Assembly: GCA_041648895.1 (NCBI GenBank)
Contig: JBAZOB010000002.1
Location: 826 to 64,825 of the forward strand
Length of the DNA stretch: 64,000 bases
Direction: 5' to 3'
Source of the DNA: Patescibacteria group bacterium
Lineage (GTDB): Bacteria; Patescibacteriota; JAHJAL01
Shown: positions 17,965-28,175 of the stretch, piece after piece
Position numbering within the stretch: position 1 is the first letter of the stretch
Layout of the letters: each line of letters opens with the position of its first letter
Notes under the pieces: model-generated
Databases searched by the model: none
What the model was told of the DNA's origin: nothing
Seen by the model: only the letters and a program-made list of their open reading frames with translations
Translations under genes and position numbers: made by a program

Positions 17965-19521
17965 ATGAATAAATTCTACATCACTACTTCCATTGTCTAT
18001 GCCACCACCAAGCCCCACGTCGGGTTTGCCATGGAATTGTTTCAAGCTGACGCTATTGCCCGCCTGCATCGCCTGTATGGGCACGATGTTTTTTTCTTAA
18101 GTGGCACTGACGAAAACGGCTTAAAAAATTATCGGAAGGCCAAAGAGTTGGGCATTAGTCCTCAAGAGCATGTTGATGAAGTGAGTAAATTAGTGAAGGA
18201 TTTTGCTGATAGTCACCAAGTATCACTGACCGATTTCATCCGCACCACTGATCAAAAGCGACATTGGCCGGCCGCCCAAAAACTTTGGCAAATATTGTGC
18301 GACAAGAATTTGATAGAAAAAAAGAAATACTCCGGTCTCTATTGTGTGGGTTGCGAAAAATTTATGAAAGAAACTGAGCTTGATGCCGCCGGGAACTGTC
18401 CGCTCCATCACCAGAAACCCGAACCGCAATCCGTTGAAAACTATTTTTTCAAACTGTCACAATTTTCCGAAACCATCTACCAGAAGATAAAAAACAACGA
18501 AATAAATATCATACCCGGTCCTCGTCGTAATGAAATTTTACAAGTCATCGAAAATGGTTTGGAAGACGTCAGTTTCTCCCGTGAAAAATCTCAATTACCT
18601 TGGGGGATACCGGTTCCCAATGATCCGGAACACGTCATGTACGTCTGGTGTGATGCTTTGACTAACTATATTTCCGCCCTGGGATATGCTACCAATGATG
18701 ATAAATTTCAGCACTATTGGCCGGCCGATGTTCATTTTATCGGTAAGGACATTATCCGTTTTCACGCCGGTATTTGGCCCGGCATGCTCTTGGCGGCCGA
18801 CTTACCTTTGCCAAAAAACATTCTCGTCCATGGCTTTATTCATTCCGGCGGTCAGCGCATGAGCAAAACTACCGGCAACGTCATTGATCCCGTGGAAATA
18901 TCAACCAAATACGGCCCCGAAGCGCTGCGCCTTATACTACTCAAAGAAATTCCCACCTTCGGCGATGGCGATCTAACCATGGACAGAATTGGTGAAATAT
19001 ATCACAGCGAATTAGCTAATAAACTGGGGAATCTTGTCTCCCGAGTAATTGCCATGAATAATAAATATTTTGCCGGCCAAATTCCGGCGGGTAATTACGA
19101 TCAAATAATCAATTTTAGTCTTCCCGACCCCCGCCAATATCTGGAAGGCCAAAACAAATTTGGTCAAATTGATAAATATCTACATTCAACCTGGGAGATT
19201 ATTGAAGCCGCCAATCAATTTGTTGACCACCAAAAACCCTGGGAATTGGCCAAAAACCCCGATCAAACCCAACTCACAACCGTAATACTTAATCTTCTCG
19301 AAACCATTCGCCTCATCGCCATGCTCCTTGAACCAATTTCTCCCCATACTTCTCAAAAAATCCTGGCCGCTATTAATCAAGATTATATCGACAGTAGTCA
19401 CCATCAAACCGATCCCGATAAATATCATCAATTATTACAATGGGGCGGCCTCAAACAACAAGTTAGCATTAAATTAGATCAACCACTATTTCCCCGTCTG
19501 GAATTAGAAATTAGAAATTAA
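17965..19521 (+). CDS. metG: Methionine--tRNA ligase
   Basis: FYITTSIVY, HVGF, GTDE, YVWCDAL, GKDI, MSKT. Confidence 0.96.
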   Translation: MNKFYITTSIVYATTKPHVGFAMELFQADAIARLHRLYGHDVFFLSGTDENGLKNYRKAKELGISPQEHVDEVSKLVKDFADSHQVSLTDFIRTTDQKRHWPAAQKLWQILCDKNLIEKKKYSGLYCVGCEKFMKETELDAAGNCPLHHQKPEPQSVENYFFKLSQFSETIYQKIKNNEINIIPGPRRNEILQVIENGLEDVSFSREKSQLPWGIPVPNDPEHVMYVWCDALTNYISALGYATNDDKFQHYWPADVHFIGKDIIRFHAGIWPGMLLAADLPLPKNILVHGFIHSGGQRMSKTTGNVIDPVEISTKYGPEALRLILLKEIPTFGDGDLTMDRIGEIYHSELANKLGNLVSRVIAMNNKYFAGQIPAGNYDQIINFSLPDPRQYLEGQNKFGQIDKYLHSTWEIIEAANQFVDHQKPWELAKNPDQTQLTTVILNLLETIRLIAMLLEPISPHTSQKILAAINQDYIDSSHHQTDPDKYHQLLQWGGLKQQVSIKLDQPLFPRLELEIRN

Positions 19522-19683
19522 CGAGTTGTGTGAATTAATTTTTATATCATTCAGATTATTGGTTTATAACCTGTATGAGCGTTTCTAAATAATACTGACC
19601 AAGCCTGAGCGAGTTTTATAAACCAATAATCTGAATGATATAAAAATTAATTCACACAACTCGTTAATTTCTAATTTCTAATT
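19502..19683. mobile_element. Long hairpin element copy 2: perfect 68-bp inverted repeat around a 46-nt loop; overlaps the metG stop
   Basis: 19502-19569 is the exact reverse complement of 19616-19683; loop 42/46 identical to copy 1. Confidence 0.85.
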
Positions 19684-19686
19684 AAA

Positions 19687-20526
19687 ATGTTCCCAGCTTT
19701 CGGCGCGGCGATCGCCTATATTATTGCCACCACAATCAATAAACATCTTTTGTCAAAGGAGCGGATGGGAGTCATTTCCTTTGGGATCTGGCTTTTTATT
19801 TTTTTAGCGGCCATCACCGGACTGACTTTGCCCTGGTTGGGAGAAATTAACTGGGAGCAAGCTCTGTCTATCCACTATACCTTTGCCTTCGCCGCCATGC
19901 TTCTATTGGCCTGCACTTGGAATTATTTCTACTATAGTTGTCTCCAAAAAGATACTCTGGCTGAATTTCAGCTGATGACTATCGTTCAGCCACTTTTGAC
20001 GATTTTTCTTGGCATGCTGGTTTTCCCGGATGAGAGAAACGAAAAAGTCTTTATTGTCACCATTGTGGCCGGTTTTATTTTGATTGCCAGTCACCTCGAT
20101 CGCTGGCGTCTGGAAAATGTCAACGTGACTGTACCCTTGCTTATATCCATATTTTTAGCCGCCGTTGAAAGTCTTTATCACAAAGAATTATTAGTCATCT
20201 ACAGCCCGGCCGCGCTGTATTTCACTCGCACCTTATTTATTGCCATTATTTTCTTTTTAGCCAATCCGAGCCACCTCAAAAAAGTCAATCAAAAGAACCT
20301 TTGGCAAACATTTATCATTGCTTTCTTTGCTGTTTTAGCCATGGTATTATCGTTCTATGGTTATCAGCAGCTCGGCCTGGCCAAAACCAATATCATTCTT
20401 CTCCTTTATCCCATCGGCACCACCATCATTTCTGTCTATATTCTCAAAGAAAGAATCAAAAAAAGAAAACTAGTCGCCTTTGCCCTCATTGTTCTCTGCA
20501 TTATATATGCCTTTATGAACGGCTAA
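19687..20526 (+). CDS. EamA/DMT family transporter
   Basis: About 10 TM helices in two repeats; LKERI motif. Confidence 0.85.
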   Translation: MFPAFGAAIAYIIATTINKHLLSKERMGVISFGIWLFIFLAAITGLTLPWLGEINWEQALSIHYTFAFAAMLLLACTWNYFYYSCLQKDTLAEFQLMTIVQPLLTIFLGMLVFPDERNEKVFIVTIVAGFILIASHLDRWRLENVNVTVPLLISIFLAAVESLYHKELLVIYSPAALYFTRTLFIAIIFFLANPSHLKKVNQKNLWQTFIIAFFAVLAMVLSFYGYQQLGLAKTNIILLLYPIGTTIISVYILKERIKKRKLVAFALIVLCIIYAFMNG

Positions 20527-20572
20527 GTTAATATTGCAATTTCTATTATTAATTTTTAATTATTAATTTATT

Positions 20573-21337
20573 ATGTACACCGATACGCATTGTCATCTTA
20601 ATACAATTGAATTTGAAAATGACATCAAAGAAATAATCAGTCGGGCCAAGCGGGCGGAAGTTAATCAAATTATTGTCCCGGGCATTGATTTAAAATCATC
20701 AAAGGCGGCCTATACGCTCGCCCAAAATTTTGACATTATCTCCTCCGCCGCCGGCTATCACCCCAACTATATTCAGACCGCTTCGATTGAAAATCTGGGT
20801 GAATTAGTTGAATTAATCAGTAAGCCGGAAATCGTCGCCGTGGGCGAAATTGGACTCGATTATTATCGCCAAACCACCAATGTGGAAGAGCAACGCAAAA
20901 TTTTCCAATATCTTCTATCTATCGCCTCCCAAGAAGCCAAACCAGCTATCATTCATTCCCGCGCCGCCGAAGAAGACGTTTTAAGTATTCTCCAGGTTTA
21001 TAAACCAGACGGCTTGCGGGGCGTTTGGCATTGTTTTGAGGGTGACCGCGCTCTGGCTACGCGGATTTTGGATCTGGGATTCTATATTGGGTTTACCGGC
21101 AACATTACCTATTCCGACCATCAAGATATTAATGAAGTTATCAAAAATATTCCACTTGATCGTATCCTGATCGAGACTGACGCTCCCTACCTCACTCCCA
21201 CCCCCTATCGGGGTAAAAAAAATGAACCGGCCTATGTCGTGGAAGTAGCGCGAAAAATCGGCGATATCAAAAACATTGCCATTGAAGTCGTCGCCCAAAC
21301 CACCACCGAAAACGCCATTAAATTATTTAATTTATAA
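20573..21337 (+). CDS. tatD: TatD family nuclease
   Basis: DTHCH, GEIGLDY, IIHSR, HCF, ETDAPYL. Confidence 0.93.
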   Translation: MYTDTHCHLNTIEFENDIKEIISRAKRAEVNQIIVPGIDLKSSKAAYTLAQNFDIISSAAGYHPNYIQTASIENLGELVELISKPEIVAVGEIGLDYYRQTTNVEEQRKIFQYLLSIASQEAKPAIIHSRAAEEDVLSILQVYKPDGLRGVWHCFEGDRALATRILDLGFYIGFTGNITYSDHQDINEVIKNIPLDRILIETDAPYLTPTPYRGKKNEPAYVVEVARKIGDIKNIAIEVVAQTTTENAIKLFNL

Positions 21338-21368
21338 ACCGAATTAATTTGCAATTAATTCGCCCTCT

Positions 21369-23819
21369 ATGTCAACAAATTCATACGCCAATATTATCGT
21401 CAACTCCCGTCTGGACAATATATCCGGTGAGTTAACCTATTCAATTCCACCGACGCTATCGATGGTCATTAAACCTGGGCAATTGGTGTTGGTACCATTT
21501 GGGCGGCGTTTTATCCACGGTGTGGTCGCCAATATTCAGAGCCAACGCCCCGCCATCAAAGTCCGCACCAAAGACATTGCCGCCCTGCTCGGTGAACGCC
21601 CGATTGTCAAGCCAGAGCAAATCAAATTAGCCCAATATATCAGTCAGCATTATCACTGCTCTCTCGGGCAGGCTCTTTTTGCCATGATCCCCTCATTTGT
21701 CATGAATAGTATAAAAAAAGTATATTCCACCACTTCCCAGCTGTCTCCCCATCCCATTGTCCAATTTATTAACACGCGCGGTGGGCAAACCGCCACTGAA
21801 ATTTTATTACTAAAAAAATTCGGCGCCACCACTAAAGCTACCCTGTCTCGCCTCGTCAAAAAAGATATTCTCCGTCTTGGCTACCAATTATCTAGCCCCA
21901 AGATCAAGCCCAAATATGAAGAAATTATCAGTTTGTGCCCCCTTTCGGCTGATCAAAAAAAACAACTGTCACGCTATCCAAAACAAAACCAAGTCTATCA
22001 GTTTCTCAAATATCGTCGCCTCGCCAATTGGATCAAAATCCGCCAAGAATTAAATGTCAGTCGGGCCACCATTAGAGCCATGCAGCGAAAAAAAATGGTA
22101 GATATTGAAACCAAACAAGTCATTCGCGAGCCGCTTGGTTTTCATGTCATGGAAACAGTTTTTCCTGATCTAGTCGGTTCGCAACAAAAAGCCTGGCAGA
22201 CCATTGTCCAGCAACTAAATAATCATCACAAAAAGCCAATTATGCTTTTTGGTCGTACCGGCAGTGGTAAAACGGAATTATACCTCCGAGCGGCTGAGTG
22301 GACCCTCAAGCAGGGAAAAGGCGTGATTATTCTCGTGCCGGAAATTGCCTTGGTGCCGCAAACCCTGCAGCGATTTTATGAAAGATTTGGCCAAAGTTTG
22401 GCTGTCTATCATTCGCAAATGTCCGTTGGTGAAAGATATGATCAGTGGTTTCGCCTATACAATCATCAAGCCCAAGTTGTCATTGGCTCTCGCTCAGCCC
22501 TTTTTGCCCCCGTGCCCAATTTGGGCCTCATTATCATCGATGAAGAACATGAATACAGCTACAAACAAGATAACACCCCTCGCTATCACGCGGTTGATGC
22601 CGCTGTCAAATATGCCAAACTAACTGATTCCCTCCTCATTCTTGGTAGTGCTACCCCCCGACTGGAAACATTTTGGCGCGCCAAAAAAGGCGAGTACGAG
22701 CTGGTCAAACTTACCAAAACTATTACCGAGACTGTTAATCAGCAAATCATTCGCCGACCGGAAATCAGCATCGTCGATCTACGTGATGAATATATCGCCG
22801 GCAACCACACATTGTTGAGCATTAAACTACAAGAATCAATCCAAAAAGCTCTGCTGACTAAAAAACAAATTTTACTGTTTCTCAATCGTCGTGGTCACAC
22901 CACCTATGTTTTCTGCCGAGAATGTGGTTTTGTCGCCAAATGCCCCGAATGCAATATTCCCATGACCCTGCACATCAATGATAAACATTTTGCCACTTTC
23001 ACCCAACACAATGTCTCCCTTCGTCACGCGCTCATTTGTCACCATTGCGGTTTAACCATGCACAATTTTTCCACCTGTCCTGAATGTTCTTCCAAAGCGA
23101 TCAAATACTATGGCGCCGGCACTCAAAAAATTGAAGAAGATACTCGAGCTCTTTTTCCTCAAGCCCGCATTTTACGCATGGATTACGATACGACCCGCAC
23201 CAGAAACGCCCATCAAAAAATATTCCAGGCCTTCAAAGACAAGCGAGCTGATATTCTTATTGGTACCCAAATGATTACCAAAGGCTGGGATTTACCCAAT
23301 GTTGATCTCATTGGTATCGTCAACGCCGATGGTGGTTTCAACCTACCCGATTTCCGCGCCACTGAGAAAAATTTTTCTCTACTCTTGCAGCTAATTGGTC
23401 GAGTCGGACGAGGCCACACCCCCGGCCGGGTAGTCTTACAAACCTATGATCCCGATAATCCACTTTTTGATCCTCTGTTACGTGAAGACTATCAGTTATT
23501 TGCCTTTTCGGAATTAATTGAACGTAAAAACGGCAATTTCCCTCCCTTTGTCCAACTCGTTCGTCTGGTCTATGAATCACCCAACATGAACAAATGCAAA
23601 AATGAAGCGGTCAAATTATTCAAATTACTCAATGAGAAGTTTTCCGGGCAAAAAAGAAAGACCCTGATTGAAATTCTGGGTCCCACACCGGCTTTTTTAG
23701 CACGAATCAAACAAAAATACCGCTGGCATATTATTCTCAAAGGTCATAACCTGCAAAAATTTCTCGATATTATTCCGGCTGACTGGATTATTGACGTCGA
23801 TCCCTTCTCACTATTGTAA
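21369..23819 (+). CDS. priA: Primosomal protein N' helicase
   Basis: GRTGSGKTE, DEEH, SATP, four CxxC, GTQMITKG. Confidence 0.96.
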   Translation: MSTNSYANIIVNSRLDNISGELTYSIPPTLSMVIKPGQLVLVPFGRRFIHGVVANIQSQRPAIKVRTKDIAALLGERPIVKPEQIKLAQYISQHYHCSLGQALFAMIPSFVMNSIKKVYSTTSQLSPHPIVQFINTRGGQTATEILLLKKFGATTKATLSRLVKKDILRLGYQLSSPKIKPKYEEIISLCPLSADQKKQLSRYPKQNQVYQFLKYRRLANWIKIRQELNVSRATIRAMQRKKMVDIETKQVIREPLGFHVMETVFPDLVGSQQKAWQTIVQQLNNHHKKPIMLFGRTGSGKTELYLRAAEWTLKQGKGVIILVPEIALVPQTLQRFYERFGQSLAVYHSQMSVGERYDQWFRLYNHQAQVVIGSRSALFAPVPNLGLIIIDEEHEYSYKQDNTPRYHAVDAAVKYAKLTDSLLILGSATPRLETFWRAKKGEYELVKLTKTITETVNQQIIRRPEISIVDLRDEYIAGNHTLLSIKLQESIQKALLTKKQILLFLNRRGHTTYVFCRECGFVAKCPECNIPMTLHINDKHFATFTQHNVSLRHALICHHCGLTMHNFSTCPECSSKAIKYYGAGTQKIEEDTRALFPQARILRMDYDTTRTRNAHQKIFQAFKDKRADILIGTQMITKGWDLPNVDLIGIVNADGGFNLPDFRATEKNFSLLLQLIGRVGRGHTPGRVVLQTYDPDNPLFDPLLREDYQLFAFSELIERKNGNFPPFVQLVRLVYESPNMNKCKNEAVKLFKLLNEKFSGQKRKTLIEILGPTPAFLARIKQKYRWHIILKGHNLQKFLDIIPADWIIDVDPFSLL

Positions 23820-24254
23820 TTATCCCCAACGCTTATCTTTGTAATTGCTTTCCGGCGCATTTTTATTAAACTCCACCATCATCTCATGGGGAGATTTTTT
23901 TGGTTCATTTTCCCCAATGAATAACTTCGTTACCCCATTTCTAATTAGTTTGTATATCATTTTTGACACATCCCCCCAATTATCTTTATCAATATTATAA
24001 CCAGGGCGAAGCTGATTAGGTTTTTCAAATTTAATTTCATTAGCCAATGTCTGTGCTGGCATTGTGTTCTTATTCAAGTTTTTAATATTCTTTACTTCCT
24101 CTGATATTTTTAATAAATCGAATTTTCTCCCGACAACAAAGCAATCATCAACTGCATCGCTTTCCAGATAATCTGTTCGATTTGCTGTCATGTTGTCTAT
24201 TGGTTTATCAGTCTGCCGCATTTTCTCTTGTTCAATTGGATTATCACCAGTCAT
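23820..24254 (-). CDS. Hypothetical protein
   Basis: 144-aa ORF convergent with priA. Confidence 0.55.
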   Translation of the reverse strand: MTGDNPIEQEKMRQTDKPIDNMTANRTDYLESDAVDDCFVVGRKFDLLKISEEVKNIKNLNKNTMPAQTLANEIKFEKPNQLRPGYNIDKDNWGDVSKMIYKLIRNGVTKLFIGENEPKKSPHEMMVEFNKNAPESNYKDKRWG

Positions 24255-24323
24255 ATTTTCTTGTTATTTTCCTATATTCTAATATATTGCTTATCTGCTG
24301 CAAAGACAAGCCGGACAGATTTC

Positions 24324-26528
24324 TTACAGGCTCAAATCGTCACTTATTTTTTGCAGCGCTTCTAGTCCAATTCCCATCAATTTATCCATACTTATTCCTA
24401 ATTCTGCTCCACTATTGATAATTTCCCGACTGGCTCCTCTGGCGAAAGCTTTATCTTTAAATTTCTTCTTCATCGACTCTGTCGTGACTGATTTTAATTT
24501 TTTATCCGGCTGCACCAGGCCGCAGGCGATAATAAAGCCGCTCAAAGGATCTACCGCGTAAATAGCCTTATCCAATCTGGTTTGTCGGACGCCGCCACAA
24601 GCCGGATTATGGGCCTTGATGGCTTGAATAATCAGCGGGCTGACTTTTTTTTCCTTCAAAATTCCCTCAGTAATAATGCAATGCTGGGTTGGTTCCTTCA
24701 TAGTTTTTTCATAATCAATATCGTGTAGTAAACCGGCCAATCCCCATACGTCTTCATCAGCACCGATTTCCTTTGCCACTCCTCTTAAAATCGCCTCCAC
24801 TGCCAAACTATGTTTTTGCAGATTCTCATTGGTTAAATTTTCTCGCATCAATTTTAATGCTTCATCGCGACTAATACCCATTGTCTCCACATTTAATTTA
24901 TCCAGCTCCTCATCGTCCATCAGATCAACAGTCAATCGACTTCCCATTTCATCCAGAGGTAAATCATCGATCAGCTCTTTACTTTTTCTAAGTGGGCGAG
25001 GCGAAGCATCAACTTTGTCGACAATAATATGTTCTACTTCCTCTTTGGCCTTGGGTTTAACAAATGGGAAGAGAATTAATTCCCGAATATTGTCAATTCC
25101 GGTCACCAAAGACATAAAACGATCAATCCCCATTCCCCAGCCGGCAATCGGCGGCATGCCGTGTCGCATAGCTTCAATATAATCCTGATCAAAATCATGG
25201 GCTTCCTCATCGCCTTGGGCTTTATTCAGAGCTTGTAGTTTAAATCTTTCTTCTTGATCAATCGGATCAATCAACTCCGAATAGGCATTGCACATCTCCC
25301 AGCCATTAATTACCAACTGAAAACGATCTACCCGCGATGGATCACCATCTTTTTTTCGAGCCAATGGCGATAATTCAATCGGATGATCAACCAGAAATAC
25401 CGGATTGACAATATGAGGGCGAGCTATCTTTTTATATATTTCATCGATCAACTTGCCATATTCAAGCGTGTTGATATCTCCGTCAATTTCGATTCTAGCT
25501 TGATGAATAAAAGAACGTAAGTCATCAGCCGTTTTGTGATTGGAAAGATCATGCCCGGAATATTCTTTAATTAATTCATAAATATTTCGGCGCGGATAAG
25601 GTGGCGTTAGATCAATCTGTTGCTCCCCGACTTTGACGATTAAATTACCCATTACCTTGGTCATAGTTGTTTTCATCAGTTCTTCCGTCAATATCATCAA
25701 ATCTTCATAATTGGCGTAAGCCTGGTAAAACTCAAATAGCGTGTATTCTTGCAAATGTGATGGATCGCGGCCTTCATTCCGATAAACCCGGCCAATTTCA
25801 TATACTCTCTCGTAACCCGCTACAATCAATGTTTTTAAGGGTATTTCCAACGATATGCGTAATTTAACATCGACATCAAAAGCATTGTAGTGCGTCAAAA
25901 ACGGCTTAGCCAATGCTCCACCAGTCGTGTTTTGCAAGGTTGGAGTCTCAACCTCCAAGAAGCCATTCTTGTCCATAAATTCCCGCATCGCCCTAACAAT
26001 TTTAGCCCGCCGGCGGAATCGTTCTCTCAAACCATCGTCCATCAATAAATCCAGATAACGATAACGATGCTTCTTCTCAATATCTTGTAAACCACTCCAT
26101 TTTTCCGGCAGGGGGCTCAATGATTTAGATAATAATTTGTATTCAAAGACTTCAATCGATTTTTCCCCCCGTTTAGTGACAAAAGCCTGGCCTTTAACTT
26201 GGACAAAATCAGCGATATCAATCAAATCAGAAAAGAAGGCATATTCATTTTCTCCCACTGTATCGGCTTTAAAATGTAATTGTATCTCGGCCAAATCATC
26301 TTTCAGATCAGCGAAAGATGCTTTGCCATGGCCGCGAATCGCCATAATCCGCCCGCACAAGACCAGTTCTTTTCCGGTCCATTTTTCAAAATCAGTCAAA
26401 ATATTACCAATCGAGTCAGTCCGCTCCCCTCGATCGAGGTAAGGCGCCACTCCTGTTTCTTTTATCTTGGCCAGTTTCTCTTCCCGCACCTCTTGTACGC
26501 TCTTATGTATAAAATTATCTGCCGACAT
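24324..26528 (-). CDS. lysS: Lysine--tRNA ligase (class II) fused to a C-terminal HD-domain hydrolase
   Basis: YRYLDL, VETPTL, YRNEG, GMPPIAGWGMGIDR, LFPF; then KHSLAVEA...LLHDIDY...IKAH...AVDPLSG in the same frame. Confidence 0.93.
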   Translation of the reverse strand: MSADNFIHKSVQEVREEKLAKIKETGVAPYLDRGERTDSIGNILTDFEKWTGKELVLCGRIMAIRGHGKASFADLKDDLAEIQLHFKADTVGENEYAFFSDLIDIADFVQVKGQAFVTKRGEKSIEVFEYKLLSKSLSPLPEKWSGLQDIEKKHRYRYLDLLMDDGLRERFRRRAKIVRAMREFMDKNGFLEVETPTLQNTTGGALAKPFLTHYNAFDVDVKLRISLEIPLKTLIVAGYERVYEIGRVYRNEGRDPSHLQEYTLFEFYQAYANYEDLMILTEELMKTTMTKVMGNLIVKVGEQQIDLTPPYPRRNIYELIKEYSGHDLSNHKTADDLRSFIHQARIEIDGDINTLEYGKLIDEIYKKIARPHIVNPVFLVDHPIELSPLARKKDGDPSRVDRFQLVINGWEMCNAYSELIDPIDQEERFKLQALNKAQGDEEAHDFDQDYIEAMRHGMPPIAGWGMGIDRFMSLVTGIDNIRELILFPFVKPKAKEEVEHIIVDKVDASPRPLRKSKELIDDLPLDEMGSRLTVDLMDDEELDKLNVETMGISRDEALKLMRENLTNENLQKHSLAVEAILRGVAKEIGADEDVWGLAGLLHDIDYEKTMKEPTQHCIITEGILKEKKVSPLIIQAIKAHNPACGGVRQTRLDKAIYAVDPLSGFIIACGLVQPDKKLKSVTTESMKKKFKDKAFARGASREIINSGAELGISMDKLMGIGLEALQKISDDLSL

Positions 26529-26677
26529 AAATAAACTCCTTAAAAAAATTGCTAATTACAAATTACGAATTATTAAAAATATTTTTTAAATTCGCCATTC
26601 GTAATTATATTAACATTATAAAAAATCCCCAGCACAATTACAAAGCCGAGGATCTTAGCTTGATACAAAATAATAAA

Positions 26678-27142
26678 TTAAGCAATTGTCATTATCCGCA
26701 TTTTAACCTTTCCGCCAGGCGCTTGGATTTCCACTTCGTCACCGACTGCGCGGTCAAGCAAAGCCTTGCCCACTGGCGATTCGACGGATATTTTGCCTTG
26801 ATCAGGATTGGCTTGGGTAGCACCAACCAGCATATATTCGAATTCCTTGCCACTGCGATTAATTTTTACTTTTGACCCCACGCAGACATTGTTACGTCCG
26901 CATTTGTTGTCGCTAATCACATGGTTACGCACGATATCTTCTAATTCCATTATCCGACCCTCCAGCAAGCCCTGCCTTTCTTTGGCGTCAGAATATTCTG
27001 AATTTTCTGAAATATCGCCATAACTTCGTGCTTCCTTGATCTGGGCTGCAATGACCTTCCGTTCGTCATACAAACGGGCCAATTCTGTTTTGATTTCTGC
27101 CAGTCCGTCTTTGGTCAGAATGTATTTGTTGTTTTCGTTCAT
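26678..27142 (-). CDS. greA: Transcription elongation factor GreA
   Basis: GDISENSEY, ISVESPVGKAL. Confidence 0.95.
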   Translation of the reverse strand: MNENNKYILTKDGLAEIKTELARLYDERKVIAAQIKEARSYGDISENSEYSDAKERQGLLEGRIMELEDIVRNHVISDNKCGRNNVCVGSKVKINRSGKEFEYMLVGATQANPDQGKISVESPVGKALLDRAVGDEVEIQAPGGKVKMRIMTIA

Positions 27143-27396
27143 TTACTTTGTTTTAAATAATAAATCTTTACTGTTTTAGCTGAAAAAAATACCCCCTTTC
27201 TTAAAAAAAGAAAGGCCTATCACCTTTAACTACATCCTAAATTCTAGCCCAGTCATACCCTCAAGTCAAGCCTCTGACTGTATTGCTAAAACAAGCATAA
27301 ATAGTGGATAATCATGTATTTCGCCCATATATTAATTCTCTCTAATATTATTTTAATGTATCTTTAATAATTTCGTTCAAAATATTGTTAATCAAA

Positions 27397-27428
27397 TAAA
27401 ATAAGACGAGCCATATCCTCGTCTTATT
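27397..27428 (-). terminator. Terminator after rplT
   Basis: AATAAGACGAG/CTCGTCTTATT stem with T tail on the minus strand. Confidence 0.7.
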
Positions 27429-27450
27429 CAATTATTTAATACTTATTCTC

Positions 27451-27813
27451 TTACTCTTTTTTACTTCCCAGTCCAGCCTGAGCAGTTTTGACCAATTCCT
27501 CAAATACTTTAGGTTCAGCTACGGCCAAATGAGCCATTATTTTTCGATCCAATTCAACATTCTTCTTCTTCAGCCCACTGATAAAACGATTATAACTCAA
27601 CCCATGCAGCCGACTGGCCGCGCCAATCCTCAATATCCACAAACTGCGAATATCTCGCTTTTTAATCTTTCTGCCTTTATACGCGTGCACGCCCGCCTTC
27701 AAGAAAGCTTCGCGGCGTCTTTTAACTTGCTTTGGCCCTTGATAACCCTTGGTCAACTTCATCAGCTTCTTATGCTTGCGTTTGGTAACTGTCCCACGTT
27801 TTATTCTGGTCAT
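27451..27813 (-). CDS. rplT: 50S ribosomal protein L20
   Basis: MTRIKRG, RSLWILRI, LDRKIMA. Confidence 0.95.
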   Translation of the reverse strand: MTRIKRGTVTKRKHKKLMKLTKGYQGPKQVKRRREAFLKAGVHAYKGRKIKKRDIRSLWILRIGAASRLHGLSYNRFISGLKKKNVELDRKIMAHLAVAEPKVFEELVKTAQAGLGSKKE

Positions 27814-27816
27814 TGA

Positions 27817-27902
27817 TAATGAATAATGAATAATAAATAACGAATAATGAATAATTTATATAATCATCAATTTTCTTCCAAATTGATTATTAATTATTCA
27901 TT
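27817..27902. repeat. Heptamer array (TAATGAA-like) with a short inverted counterpart between rpmI and rplT
   Basis: taatgaa taatgaa taataaa taacgaa taatgaa ... ttattaattattcatt. Confidence 0.75.
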
Positions 27903-28100
27903 TTAAAGATAAGGCACCATTCTCTTAATTCTTTTTAGATCGGCGGCATGTACCAATTCTGGCACGTCTAATTTTCTTTTTCGCTTTTGTGTTCTCTTCT
28001 CCAAAAAGTGCGTCTCACCAGCGTGTTTACGCTTTAATTTACCCGAGGCTGTCTTGGTTAATCTTTTTTTATATCCGCGATGTGTCTTTAATTTAGGCAT
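27903..28100 (-). CDS. rpmI: 50S ribosomal protein L35
   Basis: MPKLKTH...KKR...TASGK. Confidence 0.95.
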   Translation of the reverse strand: MPKLKTHRGYKKRLTKTASGKLKRKHAGETHFLEKRTQKRKRKLDVPELVHAADLKRIKRMVPYL

Positions 28101-28175
28101 TTTTCTTCATTATTTATAGCAATTCGTACAAGTTATATTATACTTGATTATTTACTTATGTCAAAAAAATTATTC

